From the IMG/VR virus record IMGVR_UViG_3300025128_000048, positions 1-55,873 of that record: a stretch of 55,873 nucleotides of DNA. One strand, 5' to 3'. Source of the stretch: a virus. Lineage: Duplodnaviria > Caudoviricetes. Both the position numbers and the translations under genes were made by a program. Positions within the stretch are counted from its first letter, which is position 1, and every line of letters starts with the position of its first letter. Shown one piece after another: positions 24,102 through 33,129 of the stretch. The notes beneath the pieces were generated by a model. The model worked only from the letters and a program-made list of their open reading frames with translations. It was not told where the DNA came from and did not search any database.

Positions 24102-27100
24102 TGTATACAGAGCGTAATACTTTACCAATTGTAGCTAGTTCATAAAGATCTTCTATCTTAGCACCATCTGCTGGTCTACCATTTCTCGCTATAAATTCTG
24201 ATGCTGCATTTTTACGTATTTCACGTGGTAGTCTACGATATGCTAACATAGCTTCAGTATAAGCAGGTGCATCTGCAGAAATACTTTTACCATCAGATAG
24301 TAGTCGTTTTACACTTTTTACTTGTTCTTTTATCAGTGCTTTCACTCTACTGTTGACAAACTCTTGTGCAGTCATTTCTTTTTGTAGAGATTCATTTTCA
24401 TTATACTCTATAATGGATTGTTTTTCATACGCTTGTGCCGCGTCAACCAAGCCGGGAATAATTTCACGCAGTTGTTCATTTTCAAATCTGCGTATGCTAG
24501 GCACCTTAGATGAGCTACCTAATTCAAATTCACTGATACCAAGACGTTTAATATACTCACCTTGCTCACTATCTCTTGTTTTGAGAGACAAACCTAATCC
24601 AACCTTAAATGCAGAACCCACTCTGCTTGGCTCTTCTTGGAACAGACTCTGACGTAAAGGTAATTGCTCATCTTCTTTACCCGATGTCAAGAACCCCCTC
24701 GCACGTAGTGGCTGTTTTAGATTCTCTGTGAATGTTCTACCAAATGTTAGTGTAGGATCTTGTGCTGTATCTCTAAACTCTTCTCCTCGCATACCAATAG
24801 CACGTTGTGTATCAATAATCTGCGCACCCGGCACAGCCCACGTAGATAGGTAATTACCCAAGGCTCTGGCTGTAGCACGAGCGAGTGCTTCATCACGAGT
24901 CAAGTCACCACCACCTGCTAAATTGACTACCTCTTCAATAATACTGTTTCCTACACCTGTTCTTACGTTTGTTCCTAAAAATGTTTCAGAGAACTCCTTG
25001 CCTTTAAAGAAGTCATCAAACGTGCCATCCATAAGACGCTTTGTTGCCTCTCCTAAATACAGATACTGACGCAGTGGGAACTGTGGTGTGGTATCCATCA
25101 CTGTGCCATCACCCATACTTAATTCTTTATAATCTGCAGGTGCATCTTCTGTGCTACGTGCTTGATATGCTGCATATACACCTGCCATACCTACAAGGTT
25201 ACGTGATATGCGCCTTCTATCTGCGGCAGACAGTTTAGTGCCTTTAGGTAACTGGCCCATCAGCTTCTTAGTAAGAGGTATAGAAGCACCGCCCATATAG
25301 TTACCCATCAACTCAAGGCTGTTGAACATGAAACGTGGGAATGGTATGGCTACCGTCAAACCATTACGAGTGATAAAGTTTGTTATTTCCCTAAACAGCG
25401 GAGTCTCTGGCTGCTTGGCATATGTTACATCAAGTGCTTTGTTCGTGGAGTCTGCTACAAGTTCCATAAAAGAACGTGCGCCTTTAGGACGTACTGTTGT
25501 AGAGTCATTTAATAAATCACGAATTTGCCCGTTATTAATGGTATCAATTAGATCAATTTTATATTCACGTTTTACCAGACGTTCTAACTCACCTAAAAAA
25601 GAACCACGGCGTACAAGATACTCTTGATATCTGTTTGCACTATTTAAAACGCTGACCGCATCCTCTAGTTCAGATAATACTGTATCCGTTCCTCGTCCTA
25701 GTGTGCTAAACTTACCACCAAGAATACCTTTGTCAGCAGCCGCTTCAGCTTCCTGTCTAACTTTCTTTGCATCAAATTTTGTTTTAGTGTCTTTGGCTCG
25801 TTGTTTCGCCGCTGCTATAAAATTATCCACCTGCTCTTTACGAGCCATGCCCCTACCAGTAGCAGATTGTAATTCATTTAGCTGATTAAACATAAGATCA
25901 AACTGCTTGGACAATTCAGGACGATTTAAAATAAAGTCCACATAGTCTTTAGTATCTAGTCTGCTTTCTGGCCCAAACATATACCGCATATGACGGAAGC
26001 TGTCGTTCCAGTTAGAGCGACTTAACACTGTGCCTGTAAATGCTGCTGTTTTACGTGCGACACCCGTTGCTTCTCCTGCATTATATAAAGCGGTATCCAT
26101 TACATTAGTAAGAGTGTCCAGAGGCGCACGAATACCTGCAGATGTCACGTTACGTGCAGCAGTCGCTAACTGTGATACTAACCCACCACGGCGTATACCC
26201 TCAATACGCATAATATTGTTACGTATCTTACCTTGCTGTGCCTGTGTAGCTACGCGCTGCAGTTCCTGCATCTCATTCAAAGGTCTTGCACGTTTAATCT
26301 GCGATAGTTTCTGCAGAGTCTTACCTGCCTCAGAGCCAGAGCCTACGACAGTTAAGATGTAATCTTCAAATGATACATTATACTTGTTCAGTATATCAAT
26401 CAGTTCATCGCCGGGTATAAGTTCTTTATCTATAGTCAAATCAAACAAATGGTCAATTAATCTATATTCTTTTCCATCTTCAAACTTTTTAGGAGCAAAA
26501 GCATTTGGATTTCTATCTTTTAATTCAGCCGCCGCTGCAACAAGCCCGTTAAGTTTATCAGACTTTAGTACGGGCATGGTAATCTTGTCTTCTTGACCTG
26601 CCAATAATGCAGCGTCATCTAATTCCACATCACTACCTAAAGCTCTTTGAACTCTAGTACGTGTGTCACCTGCGTCTAACTCTTTTGCTGTTTCTCTGCC
26701 AGCTTCACGTGCCTTATCTGCGTTTAGCACCTTCTTTCCATCTACTTCATCTGAAATAGTTTTACCAGTGGAAAGTTCAAAGTCTTCTATTAATGCTTGT
26801 CTAAGATCATCATTTTGATCGGCTATCTCTGCAGCCTCATCTGCTTTCTTAGTCACCTCTTCTGCTGTAGCGTCTTTAGCCCTATTAATATTCATCTTGC
26901 GATTGAGTAGTTTTTCACGAGCAGCTTCGCTACGCTTCTTTGCTTTCTCTATCTGTTTAGCTTCTCTAAATGTTTTACGTGCTACACCTGCTCCAGCAGC
27001 ACCCGGAACTACAGCTTCAGCCATCTCTAACATCATTGTTAAATCTGTACCAAACTTTCTCCCTGCAGTTTTAGGGTCAAACGGCAATAATTCCTTGCCC

Positions 27101-27816
27101 GTTTTACCTAGTAGCTTATTATCCTCTGTAAATGTTTCGTGCATATAACGAGTAAATGCCTCTCCTGTATCTTCTACAGTTTCTGACACAGCAGTAACGC
27201 CAGCAATCAATAATGCCAACCCCTCTTCACCTAAACCTGCAACAGCTTTTACTGTGCTACGTAGTGGTGCTGGTACTTTTTCTTCAAAAGCCGCACTGTC
27301 AATAAAGTCTCTATTACCTTGCTCACCATACATGGCTGCAATCATGTCACGAGTTTTATCAAAGTCAAATACAGCGTCAGTTTGCTCTGACACTGTTGGG
27401 GTAGGCGCATCAATTCGTTCTAGTTTGGGGAGATAGTCTTCTGGTGCATCGCCAGTAGGCACTGAAGGCACCACTCTAAACCCTGCAGGAACCTCACCAG
27501 TACGAGCGTATTCATCTACAGGTGTTTCTGCTGGCTCAGAAGGGTCTATAGGTATGTCTACCACACCCTCTTCAGCATTATCAAGTGCGTCTAGCGCATC
27601 AAGTTGTGAAGTTATGTTATTAGGAGTCTCAGCCTGAACATCAATGTCTTGAACATCACTTTCTTCTTGATCCTCAAGTTCATCAAGTCTTCTTAATTCA
27701 TCCGCTAAACTTGTGTTAGTTTCTTCGTCATCAACATTTAATGTATCTTGATCTTCCTCATCTGTATCAAGCTGATCTAAAAGGTCAAGTTGCCTAGACA
27801 GGTCAATTTGTGACAT
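24097..27816 (-). CDS. Large internal virion (ejection) protein
   Basis: 1239 aa, last late gene, acidic N-terminus; assigned by synteny with podoviruses. Confidence 0.65.
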   Translation of the reverse strand: MSQIDLSRQLDLLDQLDTDEEDQDTLNVDDEETNTSLADELRRLDELEDQEESDVQDIDVQAETPNNITSQLDALDALDNAEEGVVDIPIDPSEPAETPVDEYARTGEVPAGFRVVPSVPTGDAPEDYLPKLERIDAPTPTVSEQTDAVFDFDKTRDMIAAMYGEQGNRDFIDSAAFEEKVPAPLRSTVKAVAGLGEEGLALLIAGVTAVSETVEDTGEAFTRYMHETFTEDNKLLGKTGKELLPFDPKTAGRKFGTDLTMMLEMAEAVVPGAAGAGVARKTFREAKQIEKAKKRSEAAREKLLNRKMNINRAKDATAEEVTKKADEAAEIADQNDDLRQALIEDFELSTGKTISDEVDGKKVLNADKAREAGRETAKELDAGDTRTRVQRALGSDVELDDAALLAGQEDKITMPVLKSDKLNGLVAAAAELKDRNPNAFAPKKFEDGKEYRLIDHLFDLTIDKELIPGDELIDILNKYNVSFEDYILTVVGSGSEAGKTLQKLSQIKRARPLNEMQELQRVATQAQQGKIRNNIMRIEGIRRGGLVSQLATAARNVTSAGIRAPLDTLTNVMDTALYNAGEATGVARKTAAFTGTVLSRSNWNDSFRHMRYMFGPESRLDTKDYVDFILNRPELSKQFDLMFNQLNELQSATGRGMARKEQVDNFIAAAKQRAKDTKTKFDAKKVRQEAEAAADKGILGGKFSTLGRGTDTVLSELEDAVSVLNSANRYQEYLVRRGSFLGELERLVKREYKIDLIDTINNGQIRDLLNDSTTVRPKGARSFMELVADSTNKALDVTYAKQPETPLFREITNFITRNGLTVAIPFPRFMFNSLELMGNYMGGASIPLTKKLMGQLPKGTKLSAADRRRISRNLVGMAGVYAAYQARSTEDAPADYKELSMGDGTVMDTTPQFPLRQYLYLGEATKRLMDGTFDDFFKGKEFSETFLGTNVRTGVGNSIIEEVVNLAGGGDLTRDEALARATARALGNYLSTWAVPGAQIIDTQRAIGMRGEEFRDTAQDPTLTFGRTFTENLKQPLRARGFLTSGKEDEQLPLRQSLFQEEPSRVGSAFKVGLGLSLKTRDSEQGEYIKRLGISEFELGSSSKVPSIRRFENEQLREIIPGLVDAAQAYEKQSIIEYNENESLQKEMTAQEFVNSRVKALIKEQVKSVKRLLSDGKSISADAPAYTEAMLAYRRLPREIRKNAASEFIARNGRPADGAKIEDLYELATIGKVLRSVYK

Positions 27817-27817
27817 A

Positions 27818-29374
27818 TTAATATCCTCTAATGTATGTTGTTCCTGTCCATATACGTGCTACCTTTTTAGGTTCACCTGAATTTGTTGTTATTTCATATT
27901 CAACAATGTCACCCACTTTTAAGCCTTTAGTAAAGTTAACCTTTGAAGATTCAGCTTTTGTAGTTGGTACTAACTTTTTACCTTGCTTTTGACTTGCTCT
28001 AACTTGCTCTACATAATTATTAACATTATTTTGAAGTGTGCTTCTTTGCGTTCTTATTAAAGCGTTCATTCGTGCGTCATTTAATCCACTTACCTGCTCT
28101 GTTACATTATTTAAAGCCCTAGTCATACTGTCAAAATACTGAGTTTCATTACCTTTAATTTTGTAATCAAGTTGACCCTGTATATCAGTTACTAGACCTT
28201 TAGGCTCAAGTATGCGTTTAATTTCTCCATTGAGTATTGCTTGTCTGCTTTCTTTTGAGAATTGTGGTGTAGGCGCATCAGCAGTTTCAGTTTGTTCATT
28301 ATAGGCTTTAGCACCAGCTATAGCATCTGCTCTCATACGCTCAAAATCCGCAACTTGCTGATTGGTCAGACCACCTTCAGACAGTTTCTGTGTTGCATAC
28401 ACAGCCATATCTTCAAAGTCTTTAAACTGAGGATGAGACTTTGCTTTTTGTAATTCTAATTCGTCTTTTTCAATACCTATCTTTTTACTTCTCATGTTTA
28501 GTATGTGTGCTTCAGCTTCACGTGCTAGTGACTCTTGCCTCTGTAAAGCAGCAACTTCAGCACGAGCATTATCTAATGCACGTTGGTCTGCATCGGTAGC
28601 CTCTTTTCTTTGCGCCCGTGCTTCAGCCGCGTCAGCAATCTCCATAGCTTGGTCAATGCGTTTAGTGTTTTGCTTAAAGGCAGAAACTTTCATGTCATGT
28701 GCCGTAATGTCTCTTTCTATCTTACTTACTACTCTGCCTTCTTCCACAGCGGCTTGAAGCATTGATCTGTCTATTCTACCGATAGTAGGTAAACCCTCTA
28801 CCTCTTCTCTAGGTTTAATCATTGTTGCTTCTGTTTGTTTTCGTAAAGAAGCCGCTGCTTTTTCTGCTGCTTGCCCCTCTTTTCCAAAGAGCCTACCAAG
28901 AGGATCGTCTACACCTAATGTAGCACCAGAAAATCCAGTTGGTAATGATGTATCTTTGCGTTGATATAAAATTTGTGCCTCGCCCTGTTCATAATCCAGA
29001 GTTGCCGTACCTTTTTTAATGTCTTGAAACAGGGTAGTTACATCAAGGGGAGCATCACCCGGTTGCAACTTAGATCTACGCTCCTCTATGCTGTTTTTTA
29101 ATGCTAATGCATCATCAGCCGTACCTAATTTTTTCATAGCAGCAGTAGCTAAAGCAGGATCACCTAATTCATCAGCAAAATATCTATAGGCTTCTTTAGC
29201 CTTTTTATTGTATTCAGCTTCCTCCTTATCTTCTGCTTCCATTTTACGTAATCGCGTTTGTTGCCAAAAAGACTTAGCGGCAGAAATTTCACGATCACGT
29301 TTTTCCATAGCGTTTTGTAGACTTCTATCTACGCTACTAGCTAATCCTGTTGTAAATCCTGTCCAAAAACTCAT
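27818..29374 (-). CDS. Putative internal virion protein
   Basis: Amphipathic start SFWTGFTTGLA; coiled-coil. Confidence 0.6.
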   Translation of the reverse strand: MSFWTGFTTGLASSVDRSLQNAMEKRDREISAAKSFWQQTRLRKMEAEDKEEAEYNKKAKEAYRYFADELGDPALATAAMKKLGTADDALALKNSIEERRSKLQPGDAPLDVTTLFQDIKKGTATLDYEQGEAQILYQRKDTSLPTGFSGATLGVDDPLGRLFGKEGQAAEKAAASLRKQTEATMIKPREEVEGLPTIGRIDRSMLQAAVEEGRVVSKIERDITAHDMKVSAFKQNTKRIDQAMEIADAAEARAQRKEATDADQRALDNARAEVAALQRQESLAREAEAHILNMRSKKIGIEKDELELQKAKSHPQFKDFEDMAVYATQKLSEGGLTNQQVADFERMRADAIAGAKAYNEQTETADAPTPQFSKESRQAILNGEIKRILEPKGLVTDIQGQLDYKIKGNETQYFDSMTRALNNVTEQVSGLNDARMNALIRTQRSTLQNNVNNYVEQVRASQKQGKKLVPTTKAESSKVNFTKGLKVGDIVEYEITTNSGEPKKVARIWTGTTYIRGY

Positions 29375-29877
29375 TACTTTCTCCGTGCCATTAAACCTTT
29401 AGGCTTTTCTTCTTCATCTGATTCTTTAACTTCTTTTACTGCTGCTTTAACATCTTTCTTTTTTAGGTCATCCTCATATTCTTTAAGCATCTTTGAGAAT
29501 AGAGAGTCACGTATGGTTCCTTTATTTGGATCTTCCATACCTGTGTCATACTTAATGCCAGCACTATCGCCTAACAACATCATCATTTCCATTAACATAG
29601 GTAATACTAACATACCTACATCAAGGCTATGCTTTCCATCCATAACGCTGCCCATCTGTATTGTGTTAGCCAGTACAGTTACAGGTACACCGGATTCAAG
29701 AGTTTCTACTAGCTGCACCATAAACTCTTCACTACTCATGCGTTCCATGTAGTAATCAATAGCTTCATCAACATTAGTTAACTGTGCAGGAGTTTGCCAA
29801 GGTCTATCGCCTAACTCATGCGTTAATGCCATGCCCGGTATGGGTGCATCAAATATTGGTTCTTGACTAACTTCCAT
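29374..29877 (-). CDS. Conserved late protein
   Basis: FDAPIPGMALT...RPWQTP; ends KGLMARRK. Confidence 0.75.
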   Translation of the reverse strand: MEVSQEPIFDAPIPGMALTHELGDRPWQTPAQLTNVDEAIDYYMERMSSEEFMVQLVETLESGVPVTVLANTIQMGSVMDGKHSLDVGMLVLPMLMEMMMLLGDSAGIKYDTGMEDPNKGTIRDSLFSKMLKEYEDDLKKKDVKAAVKEVKESDEEEKPKGLMARRK

Positions 29878-30094
29878 TTATCTCATCCCTATATTTACGA
29901 ACAACTTGCATTTGCTTTGCCACTCTAACTGCAGGATTTTTGTAATCTATGCCGTCACCAGAAGGCTCGCCCATAGAGCTTCTAACTAACAAGCCACCAG
30001 TTTTTTTAGGCTCCTTTGGTTGTTCTAATTTATTAAAGTCATCTAGATTCATTCTTCTATATGCTGAAACTGCAGGGTTATATTGTCTGGACAT
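29867..30094 (-). CDS. Hypothetical late protein
   Basis: RBS and overlap with neighbours. Confidence 0.7.
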   Translation of the reverse strand: MSRQYNPAVSAYRRMNLDDFNKLEQPKEPKKTGGLLVRSSMGEPSGDGIDYKNPAVRVAKQMQVVRKYRDEINGS

Positions 30095-32285
30095 TATGCT
30101 TTCTCCGTTTGTGTTCTACTACTATATCCATTAACTGTTTAGTTGCCCATTTTAGTGGAGGCACTTTTGATATAAGTTTAGCATAGGATTGCCCATACTT
30201 AGTGTATAGCTTCTTAAACCATTTAGGGGCATCATACTGTAACCATGTGCGGAATACAAACCACTCAGCGTTTTCTTTGCCATACACTTCTCGTGCTACG
30301 TGGCACGACATTATAAACGCACTGCCTAATGTGCCTATCAAACTACCGATAGCATTACCTGCTGCAGATTTACCTGCCGCACTTGACGCAGCAGCAGATG
30401 TTTTAGCATCTAGTTCTGCAATAGCCATAGCACTGTATCTGTCTAGCTCACTTTCTGCAGATTTCCATGCCCACTCCATAGTGTCTGCATAGTAACCCCA
30501 CAAGTTGTTGTACGCTTGTTTACTTATATCTAGTACGTTGTTAGCGTTTATTTCATTTGCTCTGTTTATAGCAGCAGTGTCTGCTGTAGCTATTTGTTTA
30601 CGCCACTGTGCATTTGATTGTGCAATCACCAACTGGTTCTGTGCATTAAACTGATCACGTTGGTTGTTTAGCTCTGCGTTGAAACGCTCAATGGTATTTG
30701 TTTGACCTGCGTTAAACTGTGACTGTGCATTTTGTTGTGATGCATTAAACTGTGCAGTTGAACTGGCAAGGTTAGCAAAGAACTGATCCACTTGATTCTG
30801 TGAAGATGCGTTAAACTGCCGTGCAGCATTTTCTGCAGCCTGATCTGTAAAGAGTGACTGTACTCTCTGCTGTGCTTTAAACATATCTGTCTGCTGTTGA
30901 TTAGAAAGATTAGCCATGTCCATCTGCAAGAATGACTGTGCGTTCTGCACTGCAGCTTGTTGTCTGTTGTTGAGATTAGCAGCGTCAAGTTGTGCTAGTG
31001 CAGCAGCCTCTGACATTACAAGAGCTTGATTATTGGACAGGTTATTTAAATCCATTGTATTAGCAGCACGTGAGTTTTCTAACTGCACTTGTTGCTCTGC
31101 TGTAAAGTTCTGATTGGCAATATCGCTAATCTTACTAGCGTTCATCACCTTTGTTTGAAAGGCTTGATCAAACTCCATGCCAGCAAACTTAGCACGTTGC
31201 TCTGCCGCAAGCATCGCTGATTGCTGTCTGTTAGATAGATTCTGTGCTTCAAATCTAGCTACTGTCTGCGCATCTGCCATTGCAATAGGCATGGCTGATT
31301 CCATAGCAGCCTGTACAATAGCTTGTCCTGCCATAGAGGATGCACCCAGACCACGTGCAGCCATTGCTGCCGTAGCACTACGCATAGCCCCTGCAGCCCA
31401 TGCTGGTGTGGCACCACCTTGGAACTGTTGCATCAAGCCATCAAGTTGTTGTGCCACCATAGTCTGTGCAGATGGATTAGCTGTAGCTGCCGCAGCCTGT
31501 GTTTGTGCAGTTACCTGCGCCGCTTTTACAGCATCTACACCCGTGCCTGTTACGAGTTCACCAGCTTGAATCTGTCGTTGTACAGGGTTGTTTATAAGAG
31601 TAGCATTACCTTGTGCTGCTTGTAGGTTGCCTACAGATGAAGTTGTTTGTTGTGCAGCAGCAACTTGCGCACGAGGATCGTCTGGGTTTGTCTGCGCTGC
31701 TTGTGTCGCTTGAAGAGCAGCGTCCACCCCAGCAGCAGCCTGTGATGCTTGCACTGTATTTGCAGCAGTTTGTGCTGTCATACCTGCTTGTGCTGTTGCC
31801 GCTTGAGCAGGATTTACATTTACAGTAGCACCAGTAAGCTGTCCAGTGCCAGCAGCTATCTCTTGATTGGTATCAAAATCTATACCTTTTGCAATAGTTG
31901 CACCACCCACAGGTAGGCCGGGGTCATATATTTGCTCTGTTGTAAAAGCAGCTATACCGGGTGTTGTTGCTGTTTGTGTTACTGGATTGCCTTGAGCATC
32001 TAATACTGGATTACCACTAACATCTAAAACAGGAGTTTGTGTTGTTTGTGAAGTTGTTGGGGTTGTGACAGTCGGCACAGCTTGTTGACCACCGGGTTGT
32101 CCTGTTCCAGTAGCCATACCACCAGTAGCCATTTTAACTGCAGCACGTGTGTATTTATTCATTTGCTCCTGACGCTGCGGATCTTCTTCAAGAAACGATT
32201 GAAACTCATTCATGTTTCCTTGATACCCCATAGCTTGTGCTATTTTATTCATAGCTTCAGGTTTAAATCCTTTAAATATAGCCAT
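30078..32285 (-). CDS. Gln/Ala/Asn-rich putative ejection protein with C-terminal CFI-box-CTERM-like domain
   Basis: Repeated QFNA coiled-coil; C-terminal hydrophobic segment then CHVAREVYG; start at 32285 by TAATG coupling. Confidence 0.65.
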   Translation of the reverse strand: MAIFKGFKPEAMNKIAQAMGYQGNMNEFQSFLEEDPQRQEQMNKYTRAAVKMATGGMATGTGQPGGQQAVPTVTTPTTSQTTQTPVLDVSGNPVLDAQGNPVTQTATTPGIAAFTTEQIYDPGLPVGGATIAKGIDFDTNQEIAAGTGQLTGATVNVNPAQAATAQAGMTAQTAANTVQASQAAAGVDAALQATQAAQTNPDDPRAQVAAAQQTTSSVGNLQAAQGNATLINNPVQRQIQAGELVTGTGVDAVKAAQVTAQTQAAAATANPSAQTMVAQQLDGLMQQFQGGATPAWAAGAMRSATAAMAARGLGASSMAGQAIVQAAMESAMPIAMADAQTVARFEAQNLSNRQQSAMLAAEQRAKFAGMEFDQAFQTKVMNASKISDIANQNFTAEQQVQLENSRAANTMDLNNLSNNQALVMSEAAALAQLDAANLNNRQQAAVQNAQSFLQMDMANLSNQQQTDMFKAQQRVQSLFTDQAAENAARQFNASSQNQVDQFFANLASSTAQFNASQQNAQSQFNAGQTNTIERFNAELNNQRDQFNAQNQLVIAQSNAQWRKQIATADTAAINRANEINANNVLDISKQAYNNLWGYYADTMEWAWKSAESELDRYSAMAIAELDAKTSAAASSAAGKSAAGNAIGSLIGTLGSAFIMSCHVAREVYGKENAEWFVFRTWLQYDAPKWFKKLYTKYGQSYAKLISKVPPLKWATKQLMDIVVEHKRRKHNVQTI

Positions 32286-32491
32286 TACCCAACCCCTACA
32301 AGTACAGTGCCAGCTAGTCCTATTATAGTCACTGTAGATGCCATAATCATAGCTTCTAAACGCCACAGACGTTTATCAACACTTTCTAATTTATCATTCA
32401 TCATTTGATAACGGACAGCGCACTCTTTTTCATGTGCGTCTAATTCCATTTGAACTTTAAGCTCTGGCTCTAAAGATTGTGTTAACTTCAT
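32285..32491 (-). CDS. Small membrane protein
   Basis: HEKECAVRY coiled-coil plus C-terminal TM segment. Confidence 0.75.
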   Translation of the reverse strand: MKLTQSLEPELKVQMELDAHEKECAVRYQMMNDKLESVDKRLWRLEAMIMASTVTIIGLAGTVLVGVG

Positions 32492-32518
32492 TTGTCAATA
32501 CCTAATTTGTATGTTCTA

Positions 32519-32547
32519 ATTATACCACATTTGTGTGTAAAAGTCAA
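32519..32547 (-). promoter_or_regulatory. Sigma70-type promoter for the ejection-protein genes
   Basis: TTGACT-17-(TG.)TATAAT. Confidence 0.75.
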
Positions 32548-32550
32548 GTT

Positions 32551-33120
32551 TTATATCTTATCAGGCCAGTCATTAATTTTTGCTACAGCCGTAATGTTGC
32601 CATCGCTATCTCTGGTGTCTTCAAACAAAGCCATGAACGCTGTTAAGTTCGCCGCGCCATTCAAAGCTGTCTCTATCTCTGCACATTTGGTACGGACTGC
32701 ATCCCTGTATGTCGTAACTGAACTAGGTATCGCCGTTCCTTTTTCTGCTTTGCGAGTAACATACCAATCATATACTGAAAGTTTTTTGTTTGCAGTTGTT
32801 TTTGTCTGTGCTACCCAAACAGATTTCAAACCCAATGTAACCGCTTGGTTGCCTTGCATGTCTAATATAGGATTGCCATCCCCATCTACCTGATTAGTAT
32901 CTGTTAGACTGCGCGGTATAAGCGTACCGTCACTTTCACGACCCCGGTAGAACCTATTGTCATAAGGTGTCTCTGATGCTGATGGGTCTTCCCATGTTAA
33001 ACCAAATGCTTTCTTTTGAGAATCGCTGTACCTCATCCATACTTTAGGATGCTGAGTACCATCAGAACCAGTCCATTCTTTTCCCTCTCTAATTATACTA
33101 TGTCCAAGTTTCCACGGCAT
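32551..33120 (-). CDS. Tail fibre assembly/chaperone-like protein
   Basis: DWYVTRKAE...IP...YRDAVR...WP; follows the fibre genes. Confidence 0.65.
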   Translation of the reverse strand: MPWKLGHSIIREGKEWTGSDGTQHPKVWMRYSDSQKKAFGLTWEDPSASETPYDNRFYRGRESDGTLIPRSLTDTNQVDGDGNPILDMQGNQAVTLGLKSVWVAQTKTTANKKLSVYDWYVTRKAEKGTAIPSSVTTYRDAVRTKCAEIETALNGAANLTAFMALFEDTRDSDGNITAVAKINDWPDKI

Positions 33121-33129
33121 TATTTTCTC

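Noticed and set aside
24097-27816. Virion RNA polymerase
   Set aside because: No polymerase catalytic motifs recognisable, and sigma70 promoters are present; structure prediction is needed to exclude it fully.
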